Program-made: the position numbers and the translations under genes
The notes under the pieces: generated by a model
Databases searched by the model: none
What the model saw: only the letters and a program-made list of their open reading frames with translations
What the model was told of the DNA's origin: nothing
Shown here: piece by piece, positions 1 through 8,331 of the stretch
Layout: each line of letters begins with the position of its first letter
Position numbering within the stretch: position 1 is the stretch's first letter
Assembly: GCA_041946805.1 (NCBI GenBank)
Contig: JBHGBC010000123.1
Coordinates: forward strand, 1-18,322
DNA length: 18,322 nt
From: a bacterium
GTDB lineage: Bacteria; Hinthialibacterota; Hinthialibacteria; Hinthialibacterales; Hinthialibacteraceae
Direction: 5' to 3'

Positions 1-1394
1 GCCTTCACCTTGCGGCCGTCGGGGGCGTCGCCGCCGCGGGTGGCGGGGTCGTACGTGCAGTGCAGTTCGGTGATCTCGCCGGAGGCGTTCTTGATCACTT
101 CCTGGCAGGTGATGAAATAGGCATAGCGCAGGCGCACCTCGCGTCCCGGGGCGAGGCGGTAGTATTTTTTGGGGGGATCTTCCATGAAATCGTCGCGCTC
201 GATGTAGAGTTCGCGGGAGAAGGGAACCTGGCGCGTGCCCGCAGCGGGATCTTCGGGATTGTTGATTGCGTCCAGCTCTTCTTCTTGAGTTTCAGGGTAG
301 TTGGTGATCACCACCTTGAGCGGATTGAGCACGGCCATGACCCGCGGGGCCGTCCGGTTGAGCTGTTCGCGCACGCAATGCTCGAGGTTCTGGATTTCGA
401 CGACGCCCTCGTTTTTGCTGACGCCGATGCGCCGGCAAAACTCGCGGATGGCTTCGGGGGGGAAGCCGCGGCGGCGCATCCCGCACAGAGTGGGAAGGCG
501 CGGATCGTCCCAGCCGGAAACGTGACCGCCCTCCACGAGTTGGCGGAGATAGCGTTTGCTGAGGACGGTGTAGGTCAGATTGAGGCGTCCGAATTCAATC
601 TGGCGGGGATGGAAGACGCCGAGTTGATCGAGGTACCAGTCGTAGAGGGGACGGTGGTTTTCGAAGCTGATGTCGCAGATGGAGTGCGTCACGCCCTCGA
701 TGGAATCCGACTGGCCGTGGGCCCAGTCGTAGGTGGGGTAGATGCACCACCGTGTGCCCGCGCGGTAGTGTTCGGCGTGGAGGATGCGGTACATGACCGG
801 ATCGCGCAGGTTGAGGTTCGGGTGGGCCATGTCGATCTTGGCGCGCAGGGTTTTGGCGCCATCGGGGAATTCGCCTTTCCGCATGCGTTCGAAGAGGTCG
901 AGGTTCTCTTCCACGGAGCGGTTGCGGTAGGGGCTGTCCTTCCCGGGGGGCGTTTCGCGGTTGCCCTCCTTGCCGTAGCCGGCGGTGCCGCGGTATTCCC
1001 GGATTTCGTCTTCGTTCAGATCGCAGACATAGGCCTTTCCTTTTTTGATCAGATCGACGGCCCACTCGTAGAGTTGGCCGAAATAATCGGACGCATGGAA
1101 AAGCCGGTCTTCCCAATCGAATCCCAGCCAGCGGACATCCTCCTGGATCGAATCGACGTATTCATCTTTCTCCTTGGTGGGATTGGTGTCATCGAAGCGC
1201 AGGTTGTATTTCCCGCCGAACTCCTCCGCGACGCCAAACGTGATACAGATGGCCTTGGCGTGGCCGATGTGCAAGTAACCGTTCGGCTCCGGGGGAAAGC
1301 GGGTATGGACGCGGTCAAAGCGTCCGGACTGCAGATCTTCCTTGATGATCTCCCGGATGAAATCGGTGGGTCGGGTGGATTCGATGTCAGACAT
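1..1394 (-). CDS. glnS: Glutaminyl-tRNA synthetase (partial, C-terminus runs off the window start)
   Basis: Not in the ORF track; translated manually from ATG at 1394 (GGAG upstream): [48 protein letters not shown] (HIGH motif), then [53 protein letters not shown] and [19 protein letters not shown]. These are all GlnRS hallmarks. Confidence 0.97.
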   Translation of the reverse strand, partial: MSDIESTRPTDFIREIIKEDLQSGRFDRVHTRFPPEPNGYLHIGHAKAICITFGVAEEFGGKYNLRFDDTNPTKEKDEYVDSIQEDVRWLGFDWEDRLFHASDYFGQLYEWAVDLIKKGKAYVCDLNEDEIREYRGTAGYGKEGNRETPPGKDSPYRNRSVEENLDLFERMRKGEFPDGAKTLRAKIDMAHPNLNLRDPVMYRILHAEHYRAGTRWCIYPTYDWAHGQSDSIEGVTHSICDISFENHRPLYDWYLDQLGVFHPRQIEFGRLNLTYTVLSKRYLRQLVEGGHVSGWDDPRLPTLCGMRRRGFPPEAIREFCRRIGVSKNEGVVEIQNLEHCVREQLNRTAPRVMAVLNPLKVVITNYPETQEEELDAINNPEDPAAGTRQVPFSRELYIERDDFMEDPPKKYYRLAPGREVRLRYAYFITCQEVIKNASGEITELHCTYDPATRGGDAPDGRKVK

Positions 1395-1512
1395 GCCTTC
1401 GCTCCCTGCGGAATGGTTCAAGCGGCGCGTTTCGTTGAATCTCGGCGGGATTCCGCCCGGTGAAAAAATGCGCGAAAAAGATGAAAAGAAGGCGCAAGAA
1501 TTTCACCTTATT

Positions 1513-1541
1513 GGTTTACATGCGAAAAGGAACCTTGTCAA
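1513..1541 (-). promoter_or_regulatory. Possible sigma70 promoter for glnS
   Basis: Minus strand reads TTGACA-17 nt-TAAACC, about 120 nt upstream of the glnS start. The -35 is perfect; the -10 is weak. Confidence 0.35.
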
Positions 1542-1572
1542 TCATTGGGAAGAGGGAAGCGGTATGAGAGGA

Positions 1573-2817
1573 TTATCCCGCCTTGCGGGCCAGCGCCAGG
1601 AGGGTGAAGTCGTCCAGTCGGTCCCGGGTGGCCCGGAAGCGTTCCGTATCCTCCAGGATTTGTTTCACGAGGTGATCCGGCGGCAGCGCTTGATGCTTGG
1701 CGAATGTATCCAACAACCTTTCCATGCCATAAAATTGATGCTGTGGATTTTGCACATCGGTCACTCCGTCCGTGTAAAGCAGCACCCGGTCACCGGATTG
1801 CAAAGCCAGGCGGTATTCGGGGTACGATTCCACGGGAAACGTGCGCAAGGGATAGGAAGGTTCCGGTTTCATAACATAGGCCTGCCGCTCCCGCGCCGAG
1901 TAGTACAAGAAAGGGACATGGCCGGCGGAGGCATACGTTAATTCCAACGCCGTGAGGTCCAGCAGCGCGTAGAACATGGTCACGTAATGATCGGAAGTCA
2001 GATTGGCGTTGAGTTTGCCGTTGAAGACGCGTAAGGCTTCTCCGGGATTTTTGATGCCTTTCCCGAACTCTTTCACGACGATTTGGGTGAGAGCCATCAC
2101 CACGGCCGCCGCGGTCCCGTGGCCCGCGATGTCCGCTATCACCACGGCCCAGCGGCCTTCGTCCAGGGGGATTACGTCGTAGTAATCTCCGCCGATCTGT
2201 ATGGAGGGTTCATAGACGGCGGCCAGGGTGATTTCCGGATGGGAGGGAAACGAGCGGGGCAGAAACGAGCGCTGGATCACGGCGGCCTCGTACAAGTCCC
2301 GGTCCAACAACCGTTGGACGTGTTCCTGATGGTTTGCCAAGTCCCGGGCCGTCCGCTGGAGGGTGTTGTATTGCAGGCGGCGGCGCAGCAGGAGGCGCAT
2401 GTGCTCGTAACACAGTCCCCGCATCCGGTCCCGGTGGACAGGGCCGATGACTCCTCTCAGCTCGGGATCGGTGAAGACGGGGGAGAGGTGGAAGTGATCC
2501 AGACTGTTGGGATGCGCCTCATCCACTGTGCTGTTTTCATCGGCGTGGAAAAAAAGGAGGGGGATATCGAGGTCCCGCCGGGCCACAAGGGCATGCAACG
2601 CCCTTAATTGTTCTTGTTCTCCAAGAGACAACCCGCGGGCGCTGACGACGATCAAGTCCGGTTGGAGAGAAGTGAGAACCTGACGCGCGTCGTCGAAAGA
2701 CCGGGCGGTGACAATTTCGAACAGGTCTTCGGACAAAAACGCGTTCCAGTCCACTTCCAGATCAGAGACCAGGTTCACCAGCAGAAGCAGAGGACGGGGA
2801 ATAAAATCATCACCCAT
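1573..2817 (-). CDS. SpoIIE/PP2C-family (RsbU-like) serine phosphatase with N-terminal degenerate receiver-like domain
   Basis: Motifs AAVIQRSFLP, IGGDYYDV, VIADIAGHGTAAA, LTYASAGH, LLYTDGVTD and DDFTLL. Start set at ATG 2817 (MGDDFIPRP) because the extension to 2901 runs through repeat DNA. Confidence 0.92.
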   Translation of the reverse strand: MGDDFIPRPLLLLVNLVSDLEVDWNAFLSEDLFEIVTARSFDDARQVLTSLQPDLIVVSARGLSLGEQEQLRALHALVARRDLDIPLLFFHADENSTVDEAHPNSLDHFHLSPVFTDPELRGVIGPVHRDRMRGLCYEHMRLLLRRRLQYNTLQRTARDLANHQEHVQRLLDRDLYEAAVIQRSFLPRSFPSHPEITLAAVYEPSIQIGGDYYDVIPLDEGRWAVVIADIAGHGTAAAVVMALTQIVVKEFGKGIKNPGEALRVFNGKLNANLTSDHYVTMFYALLDLTALELTYASAGHVPFLYYSARERQAYVMKPEPSYPLRTFPVESYPEYRLALQSGDRVLLYTDGVTDVQNPQHQFYGMERLLDTFAKHQALPPDHLVKQILEDTERFRATRDRLDDFTLLALARKAG

Positions 2818-2843
2818 AATCGGAATCCTATATGCCAGGAATT

Positions 2844-3111
2844 TCCCGGGGCAACGCCCCTGGCTCAGCTCAGGTTGCCCCCATGGGGCGCATTTCCTCA
2901 CCCGGCCCCTCTCCCATGAGGGGGGAGGGAATCAGAAGAGAAAGATGGATGGGGATGGAGTACACGCTACGCGCGAATCCATCCTGTGGCCTTTCCTGGG
3001 AAATCCCAGAGGCGATGCCCTTGGCTCAGCTCAGGTTACCCCCGCGGGGCGCTTTCCCTCCCCTTAACCTTCTCCCACAAGGGGAAAGGGAATCAGAAGA
3101 GAAAGGTGGAT
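2844..3111. repeat. Tandem duplication (~107-bp units, ~161-bp period) of a composite REP-like module
   Basis: 2844-2950 and 3004-3111 share tggctcagctcaggtt, ccc..ggggcgc, tctccca..gggg, and agggaatcagaagagaaag.tggat. A GGATGGA..TCCATCC hairpin (2953-2984) lies between them. Confidence 0.9.
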
Positions 3112-3222
3112 AATACAAGACAAACACGGCATTTTATATCAACGTTTGCTTAACCGTTCCAGTGACTATGATAAAGAGAAACGGATCCGAATGCAATAAA
3201 GCGGCCGGTTCTTTTCGCGGGT

Positions 3223-4947
3223 TTAGCCGCGTTTCGCTCCCTTGATCAGCTCCCGGGCGAATTTTTTGGAGGCCGCCAGATCTTCCCCGCCGAGCATGCG
3301 CGCCAGTTCCGCTTCCCGTTCCTTGCCCTTCAACACGTCCACCGTGCTGATCAGGCGGCCGTTGACCTCCTTCTTGTCCACCCGCAGGTTGCGCTGGGCG
3401 CGGGAGGCGATCTGAGGCAGGTGAGTGATGCAGAGGACTTGTTTCCCGCGGGCCAGTTGGGCCAGGCGTTCGCCGACGGCATCGGCCGTGCGTCCGCCCA
3501 CGCCCACGTCGATTTCATCGAAGACCATCAAGGGGACCGCGTCGGCCTGGCCGAAGACGCACTTGATGGCCAGCATGATACGGGAGATCTCGCCGCCCGA
3601 GGCCACTTCCCGCAAGGGGCGGGGCGGCCGGCCGGGGATGGTGGTGATGAGGAATTCCACCTCGTCGCCGCCGTCCGGCCCAAAGAGGACCGGCTGCTCC
3701 TCGCCGATGTCCAGCCCCGCGGCGCCGCGGCGGTAAGCGGTTTGGATTTCGAACTCCGCCTGGTCCATGCCCAGAGAGCGCAGCTCCTCGCGGATCCGGT
3801 CGGCGGTGGCGGCGGCGTTCTGGAGGCGTTCGTCGTGGAGTGCGCGGCCCCAGCGGACGACTTGGGCGCGCAGGTCCGCCTCTTCATTCTGCAGCGTTTC
3901 CCGCTCTTCCTCGAGGTGGTCCATGCGGGCCAATTCGGCGCGGCAGGCTTCGCGGTATTGCAGAATTTCGGCGACGGTAGCCCCGTATTTGTTTTTGAGA
4001 TTCTTGAGCAGGTAATGCCGTTGCTGGAGTTCTTCGAGTTCGGCCGGATCGAATTCGAGCGTGAGGGCGTAGGTTTGCAGTTCCCGGGCGGCCTCGCGCA
4101 GGGAGATGGCGGCGGGCTGCCACATTTCCAGGATGGCGGCGGCGCGGGGATCCAGTTTGCGCAGATTGGCCAGGAGGGTTTCGAGGCGGTCCAGTTCGTC
4201 GAGGAGGGCGGGGCGTTCGTCATCCCCCGTGAGCGTCCGGACCGCGTCCGCGCACCACTCGCTGAGGCGTCCGGCGTGTTGGATCACTTGCAGGCGGTCG
4301 GCGACGCGTTCGTCTTCCCCCTCGGCCAGGCGGGCCTTGTCGATTTCTTCCAGTTGATACCGCAAGGTATCCTCGCGGCGGCGGCGTTCACGTTCGTTGG
4401 TTTCGAGTTCGTGCAGCCGCCGGCGGATATCCTGCCAACGGTTGTAGGCGGTCCGGTAGGCGTCCAGGATGGGGGCGTATCCGCCGAAGCGGTCTAGCAG
4501 GGGCCGGTAGCTGGACTTACGCAGCAGGGATTGATGTTCGTGTTGCCCGTGCAGATCCATCAGGCGTTCGCCCAGGTCCTTGAGTTTTTTCAACAGGCAG
4601 GAAGTGTCGTTGACGAAGATCCGGCCGCGCCCGCCGGGGGATAGGATCCGCTTGATCAGGAGGGTTTCGTCGTCCCAGGGGATGCCGGATTCGTCCAGCA
4701 GGGCCTGGATTTCGCGCGTATGGGGGGAGGCGGGATCGAGGGCGAATTCGGCCTCGATGACCGCGTCCTTTTCCGTATCCCGGGCGCTTTCGGGGGAGCC
4801 GCGCTCTCCCACAAGCAGGCCCAGGGCCCCCGCAAGGATGGATTTGCCCGCGCCGGTTTCCCCGGTAAGAATGTTCAAACCGGGGTGAAACTCGATGCGG
4901 CAATCCTCGATCAGCACGAAATTGCTCACATGCAGGCTGACCAGCAT
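3223..4947 (-). CDS. recN: DNA repair protein RecN
   Basis: MLVSLHVSNFVLIEDCRIEFHPGLNILTGETGAGKS (Walker A), HGQHEHQSL, ASGGEISRIMLA, FDEIDVGVGG, VLCITHLPQIA and ELARMLGG. Start set at ATG 4947, giving 574 aa. Confidence 0.97.
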   Translation of the reverse strand: MLVSLHVSNFVLIEDCRIEFHPGLNILTGETGAGKSILAGALGLLVGERGSPESARDTEKDAVIEAEFALDPASPHTREIQALLDESGIPWDDETLLIKRILSPGGRGRIFVNDTSCLLKKLKDLGERLMDLHGQHEHQSLLRKSSYRPLLDRFGGYAPILDAYRTAYNRWQDIRRRLHELETNERERRRREDTLRYQLEEIDKARLAEGEDERVADRLQVIQHAGRLSEWCADAVRTLTGDDERPALLDELDRLETLLANLRKLDPRAAAILEMWQPAAISLREAARELQTYALTLEFDPAELEELQQRHYLLKNLKNKYGATVAEILQYREACRAELARMDHLEEERETLQNEEADLRAQVVRWGRALHDERLQNAAATADRIREELRSLGMDQAEFEIQTAYRRGAAGLDIGEEQPVLFGPDGGDEVEFLITTIPGRPPRPLREVASGGEISRIMLAIKCVFGQADAVPLMVFDEIDVGVGGRTADAVGERLAQLARGKQVLCITHLPQIASRAQRNLRVDKKEVNGRLISTVDVLKGKEREAELARMLGGEDLAASKKFARELIKGAKRG

Positions 4948-5156
4948 GAGGGATCCGCATTGCTCCCCTATCCGGATTGGCGGCTGGGCGGCGTTCCACC
5001 GCCATCGCCGGTTATACTTTACGCTGAAAGGCGGAGCGGACGCAAGAAGATCCGGGGGGATGCGCAAGGGGGGTACCAAGGATTGTACCTCTGACTAGGT
5101 TCAGCTGAATTTTTTGTGACGTACCATTGACCGAAATGGAATATGGCTTTTTTTAA

Positions 5157-5258
5157 GTGCCAACGGCGCTTTCAAACCATACCAGGGCTTAAGTCCTGGG
5201 ATGGTTGTGGCAACAGTAAACAATTCCCTCTCCTTCCGGGAGAGAATTAGGGTGAGGG
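5157..5258. repeat. REP-like cluster (gcgccaacggcgc / ccagggc..gccctgg family plus inverted ccctcaccc..ctctccc family)
   Basis: 5157-5201 resembles the reverse complement of the element at 6921-6965. 5224-5258 is an inverted copy of the element at 2896-2930. Confidence 0.7.
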
Positions 5259-5413
5259 AAGGCCCTGAAAGGAAGCACTGCCTGCTATCCGGGCAATCGG
5301 GGGATCTGTTATTTTAGGCTGCCTGGGAAAAATTCAACAAAACCTAAGTTTGGGCCGCTCTTCCGGGGCTCACATAGATGACAATTGGTTTGAATGAGGA
5401 GAGGACGGATGTA

Positions 5414-5508
5414 TTCCAGGGGAGGTGCTCCAGGCTGAGCTAGGATTGCCCCGATGGGGCACGTACAGGCCGCGCCACAAAGGCCGCAGGCAAGATGCCA
5501 GCGCCACA
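5414..5508. repeat. REP-like cluster (degenerate copy of the 2844 element plus two units ending GCGCCACA)
   Basis: ttccagggg..ccaggctgagctaggattgccccgatggggc matches 2844-2890. gcgccaca occurs at 5472 and 5501, with the gcaggcaagatgccagc hairpin at 5486-5502. Confidence 0.65.
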
Positions 5509-5534
5509 TGGGGAGCAAGCCAAGGATTTTCATA

Positions 5535-5575
5535 GAAAAAAGACCGGTTTCAAGCTCCGCCTGATTCCGGTCTTT
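5535..5575 (-). terminator. Rho-independent terminator
   Basis: Minus strand: AAAGACCGG-aatcaggcggagcttgaaa-CCGGTCTTTTTT, a GC-rich stem followed directly by a U6 run. Confidence 0.7.
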
Positions 5576-5706
5576 CAGTGACCGAAGGCTGTTGGGTCAG
5601 CTCCGCCAACATCCAACCTTCGATTTGACGAAGGTTGATGGGTTACCTCGGCAGTTCACTCGATTGTCCTGTCGAAGTTATCGTATCAACCTTCTAACAG
5701 CACCCG
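5535..5706 (-). ncRNA. Candidate structured small RNA (multi-hairpin, GGA loops)
   Basis: No credible ORF. Stems 5685-5694/5630-5639, 5613-5622/5583-5595 and 5567-5575/5539-5547 carry GGA in predicted loops. Bounded by a sigma54-like element upstream and a U-tail downstream. Confidence 0.55.
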
Positions 5707-5717
5707 AATTTTCATAT

Positions 5718-5733
5718 TACAAAGGATGTGCCA
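5718..5733 (-). promoter_or_regulatory. Sigma54 (-24/-12)-like promoter
   Basis: Minus strand TGGCACATCCTTTGTA versus consensus TGGCACGNNNNTTGCW. Spacing is correct; the -12 reads GT instead of GC. Confidence 0.5.
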
Positions 5734-5918
5734 AACCGGGGAAATGATTTCCTCGGCCGGGAAGGCGCGCCGGTTGAAATTGTAAGTCAAGAAAATCAAG
5801 AGAGTATTCCACAGACAGGGACAGCGGGGAATCAAGTTGCCTGGTCAGGATGAGCGCATTGCGGATGAGTCTTGAGGGGAATTTTTTGCCGGATTACGTG
5901 GACAAGAAGGAAAAAAGG

Positions 5919-6668
5919 TCATTCGCTGATTTCGAGGGGTTCGTTCGCCGGTTCATCCGCGGGAGGGGAAGCGAGTTCCTCGGGTTTTTGGGAGACCATG
6001 ACCACCCCTTCCTGGATTTCGCGGCCTTCGTAAACGAAACCGGGCTTGAGGACGCGGCAAATGCAGCCGGGGTTTACCGCGCTGGGTTCGGTGCCCATCA
6101 CGTGGACGAAACGCGGATCGGGTTCCAGGCCGATGCGGGTGCTGACATGGAGGGGCATGCGTTCCATGGCGTGGTCGAACGCATCGGCGGCCTGCTCCAA
6201 GGGCTTATGAATGAAAATGAAACTGTTTTGAAAGATGCCCAGGTCGCCCTCTTCGACTTTTTGGTCCATGAAGCGCATGGTCTCGCGGAAGCGGTCGTAA
6301 AAATTGAGGAACGTGGCCATGCGGTCCTCGCGGATGGAAACCGTGTCAGCGCCCTTGTAGTTGAACACCTGGTAGGTCAGGTTCTCTTCTCCATAGGGGA
6401 ACGGGCGGGGGCGGCCCAGGCGGGCGGGATTTTCGCCCGCTTCGGCGGTTACGGCCTCCTGGGCGTTGGAGAGAAAGCGCGCGAGGTGGTCTTGGCAGAG
6501 CCGGATGGAGTCGCCGATGTCGCCGCCGATGGTCATCGCGTAGCGTTCGAATTGGAGCATGGCCTTGACGAAAAAGGGATCCATGCCGCGTGGCTTGGGG
6601 GCCACCACATCCACCATGACTTTCCAACTCTCGGCGGGAACGTAAATGTCCCGGGGGGTCGAAGCCAT
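5919..6668 (-). CDS. Hypothetical protein with a C-terminal GrpE-like beta domain
   Basis: C-terminal IGLEPDPRFVHVMGTEPS..PGCICRVLKPGFVYEGREIQEGVVMVS resembles the GrpE head consensus GEPFDPNLHEAV..VVEVLQKGYTLNGRVLRPAMVVV. Start set at ATG 6668, which has AAGGA upstream. Confidence 0.65.
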   Translation of the reverse strand: MASTPRDIYVPAESWKVMVDVVAPKPRGMDPFFVKAMLQFERYAMTIGGDIGDSIRLCQDHLARFLSNAQEAVTAEAGENPARLGRPRPFPYGEENLTYQVFNYKGADTVSIREDRMATFLNFYDRFRETMRFMDQKVEEGDLGIFQNSFIFIHKPLEQAADAFDHAMERMPLHVSTRIGLEPDPRFVHVMGTEPSAVNPGCICRVLKPGFVYEGREIQEGVVMVSQKPEELASPPADEPANEPLEISE

Positions 6669-6800
6669 TGTCACAATCCTTTCCTTCTCACGGAAACCGC
6701 AATCCAAGGCCAATTTCCGGTCATGGGAAACGGGTGGTGAACCTAGGTTACGGTTTGCCCGAATGCATGCATGTCAAGTAATTCACCCTTACAGCACATC

Positions 6801-6965
6801 TCTCACCTTAAATCCAGAAGGAGAGGGATAATGTTGTCAGAATCAAGATGGTCAGGATATCCAAGATGACCAAGATCGGATGGATTACGCTCCGCCAAGC
6901 CATCCACTCCCAGAGGGAGATCCCAGGGCTGAAGCCCTGGGCTAGTTAAAATGCGCCGTTGGTGT
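6801..6965. repeat. Composite REP-like cluster
   Basis: Degenerate ctcacc..ggagaggg (6801-6828); 9-bp-period caagat/caggat repeats (6844-6876); ggatggattacgct..ccatcc (6878-6905); perfect cccagggc-tgaa-gccctggg followed by gcgccgttggtg (6921-6965). Confidence 0.8.
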
Positions 6966-7002
6966 TTAAAACAGGTACTGCCAATCTGCAAACCGTCATG
7001 AT

Positions 7003-8331
7003 TCAGGAATTATCCTGGACCGGGAGTGATCGTTTCACTTTTGTACCATATCCCCAAATAAGGAGGTGGACAAGCGTCAGGAGGGTCAGGGAGATCCCGA
7101 TGAGGAAGAGAGGTTCGAGGGGCAGCCGGAAGCGGGTGTTGGCGAAGAAGACCATGCACTCGATGGTATAGAGGGCGATGACCGCCAGCGGCAATCCGGC
7201 GGCGAGACGGCGGCCGGCGGCGTAGATCCAGCCCGGGAGGGCCAGGTAGAAAAACCAGGGTTTCCAGGAGATCAGAGGCCAAGGGATGTTGCCCGCGAGG
7301 CGCAGGCCGGTTCCCTGGTTGTATTCCTCCCACGGCCAGGGGGGGATGTCGAGCAGGTACAGGAAGTAGAATTTCCAGCCCGCGCGGACAAGGGCCGCCC
7401 CGGGATCGCGGAAGGCGTATTCGAGTCCCAGGCGGAGGAGGAGGCGGTCTTCGAGGACTTCGTTAGGCCCGTATTGTTGGATGAACTGGCGGCGGATAAC
7501 CTCCTTTAGCCCTCCTTCATAATATCCGAACGCGGAATTGTGGCCGGTGAACAGGTTGACGCCCGAGTTGGTGGTGATCAGCACGAAGTACTGCAAAACC
7601 AGGAAGTTGCGCAAGGTCCAGGGGAAAATGGGGAAAAACCAGGCGGTCAGGGGCAGCCATGATTTGCGAAGCCGTTGGGTGTGTGGAAGGCGCCGGAAGG
7701 TCTTATAAACCACCACCGGCAGGATAAACAGGGCGATGGGGCGCAGCAGGGCCAGAATGCCGATGAGGAAGGAAAGCCAAAACAGATACCATGAGGACGC
7801 GCCGGGGGCGCAGCGCAGGCCGATCCATAACCAGACCAGGAAGAGCAGCACGAACAGGGTTTCGGTCATCAGTATGGAGCAGAAAAAGATCTGGCTGGTG
7901 AGCCACGAGAAGGCCAGGGCGGTGAGGAATGGCGCGGCCTGGGGATAGCGGAACGAGGAGAGCGGCGGCCGGGTCCAGAGGGGGGCCAGGAGATCGCGGG
8001 TCACGAAGTACAGCACCACGGCGGAGAGGGAGCCGAGGAGGGATTGTGTGATCCGGATGGCCAGCAAGGGCGCGTCCGGGAACGTTTTCAGGCACAGCGC
8101 CAGGAATAGGGGGTAGAGGGGAGCGCGGTAGGCGAGGCGGTCATCAGCCTGGGCCAAGTAGGAGCCTTTGAGGAAATTGACCGCGCAGAGGTAATAGTCC
8201 TCCATGTCGGAAAAGGGCTGGGGATGGTAGGCGAGCGCCCAGAGAAGGCGGGGCAGAAAAGCCAGCACGAAGAGTACCAGACACCAGCCGGCCTCACGGG
8301 ACCGCCGGGCGGCCGGATCAGAGATGTTCAT
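7003..8331 (-). CDS. GT-C fold membrane glycosyltransferase (ArnT/PMT_2-like, GT39/83-related)
   Basis: About 10-12 hydrophobic segments, first-loop SDMEDY acidic motif, AYRAPLYPLFLA, LMTETLF, LLRP, PWTLRNF..ITTNSGVNLFTGHN and TRFRLPLEP, all typical of this family. Confidence 0.8.
   Translation of the reverse strand: MNISDPAARRSREAGWCLVLFVLAFLPRLLWALAYHPQPFSDMEDYYLCAVNFLKGSYLAQADDRLAYRAPLYPLFLALCLKTFPDAPLLAIRITQSLLGSLSAVVLYFVTRDLLAPLWTRPPLSSFRYPQAAPFLTALAFSWLTSQIFFCSILMTETLFVLLFLVWLWIGLRCAPGASSWYLFWLSFLIGILALLRPIALFILPVVVYKTFRRLPHTQRLRKSWLPLTAWFFPIFPWTLRNFLVLQYFVLITTNSGVNLFTGHNSAFGYYEGGLKEVIRRQFIQQYGPNEVLEDRLLLRLGLEYAFRDPGAALVRAGWKFYFLYLLDIPPWPWEEYNQGTGLRLAGNIPWPLISWKPWFFYLALPGWIYAAGRRLAAGLPLAVIALYTIECMVFFANTRFRLPLEPLFLIGISLTLLTLVHLLIWGYGTKVKRSLPVQDNS

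Noticed and set aside
60..1463. 467-aa plus-strand ORF
   Set aside because: Antisense shadow of glnS caused by GC-rich codon usage. It has no recognisable motifs, and the real gene is on the minus strand.
2708..3113. Short ORFs with PLSHEGGG / AQLRLPP motifs, and 6803-6991 and 8711-8944
   Set aside because: Translations of palindromic repeat elements rather than genes.
3421..4497. 358-aa plus-strand ORF, and similar shadows at 5850-6740, 9296-10993, 11015-11782 and 13605-14231
   Set aside because: These lie antisense to well-supported genes and have shadow-like composition.
5309..5533. 74-aa ORF right after the terminator, considered as a type III toxin
   Set aside because: Largely a translation of REP-like repeats, with no RBS and no ToxN/CptN/TenpN resemblance.
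5553..5694. 46-nt periodic units as a degenerate CRISPR array
   Set aside because: The period is too short for repeat plus spacer, there are no unique spacers, and it lies ~6.5 kb from the cas genes.
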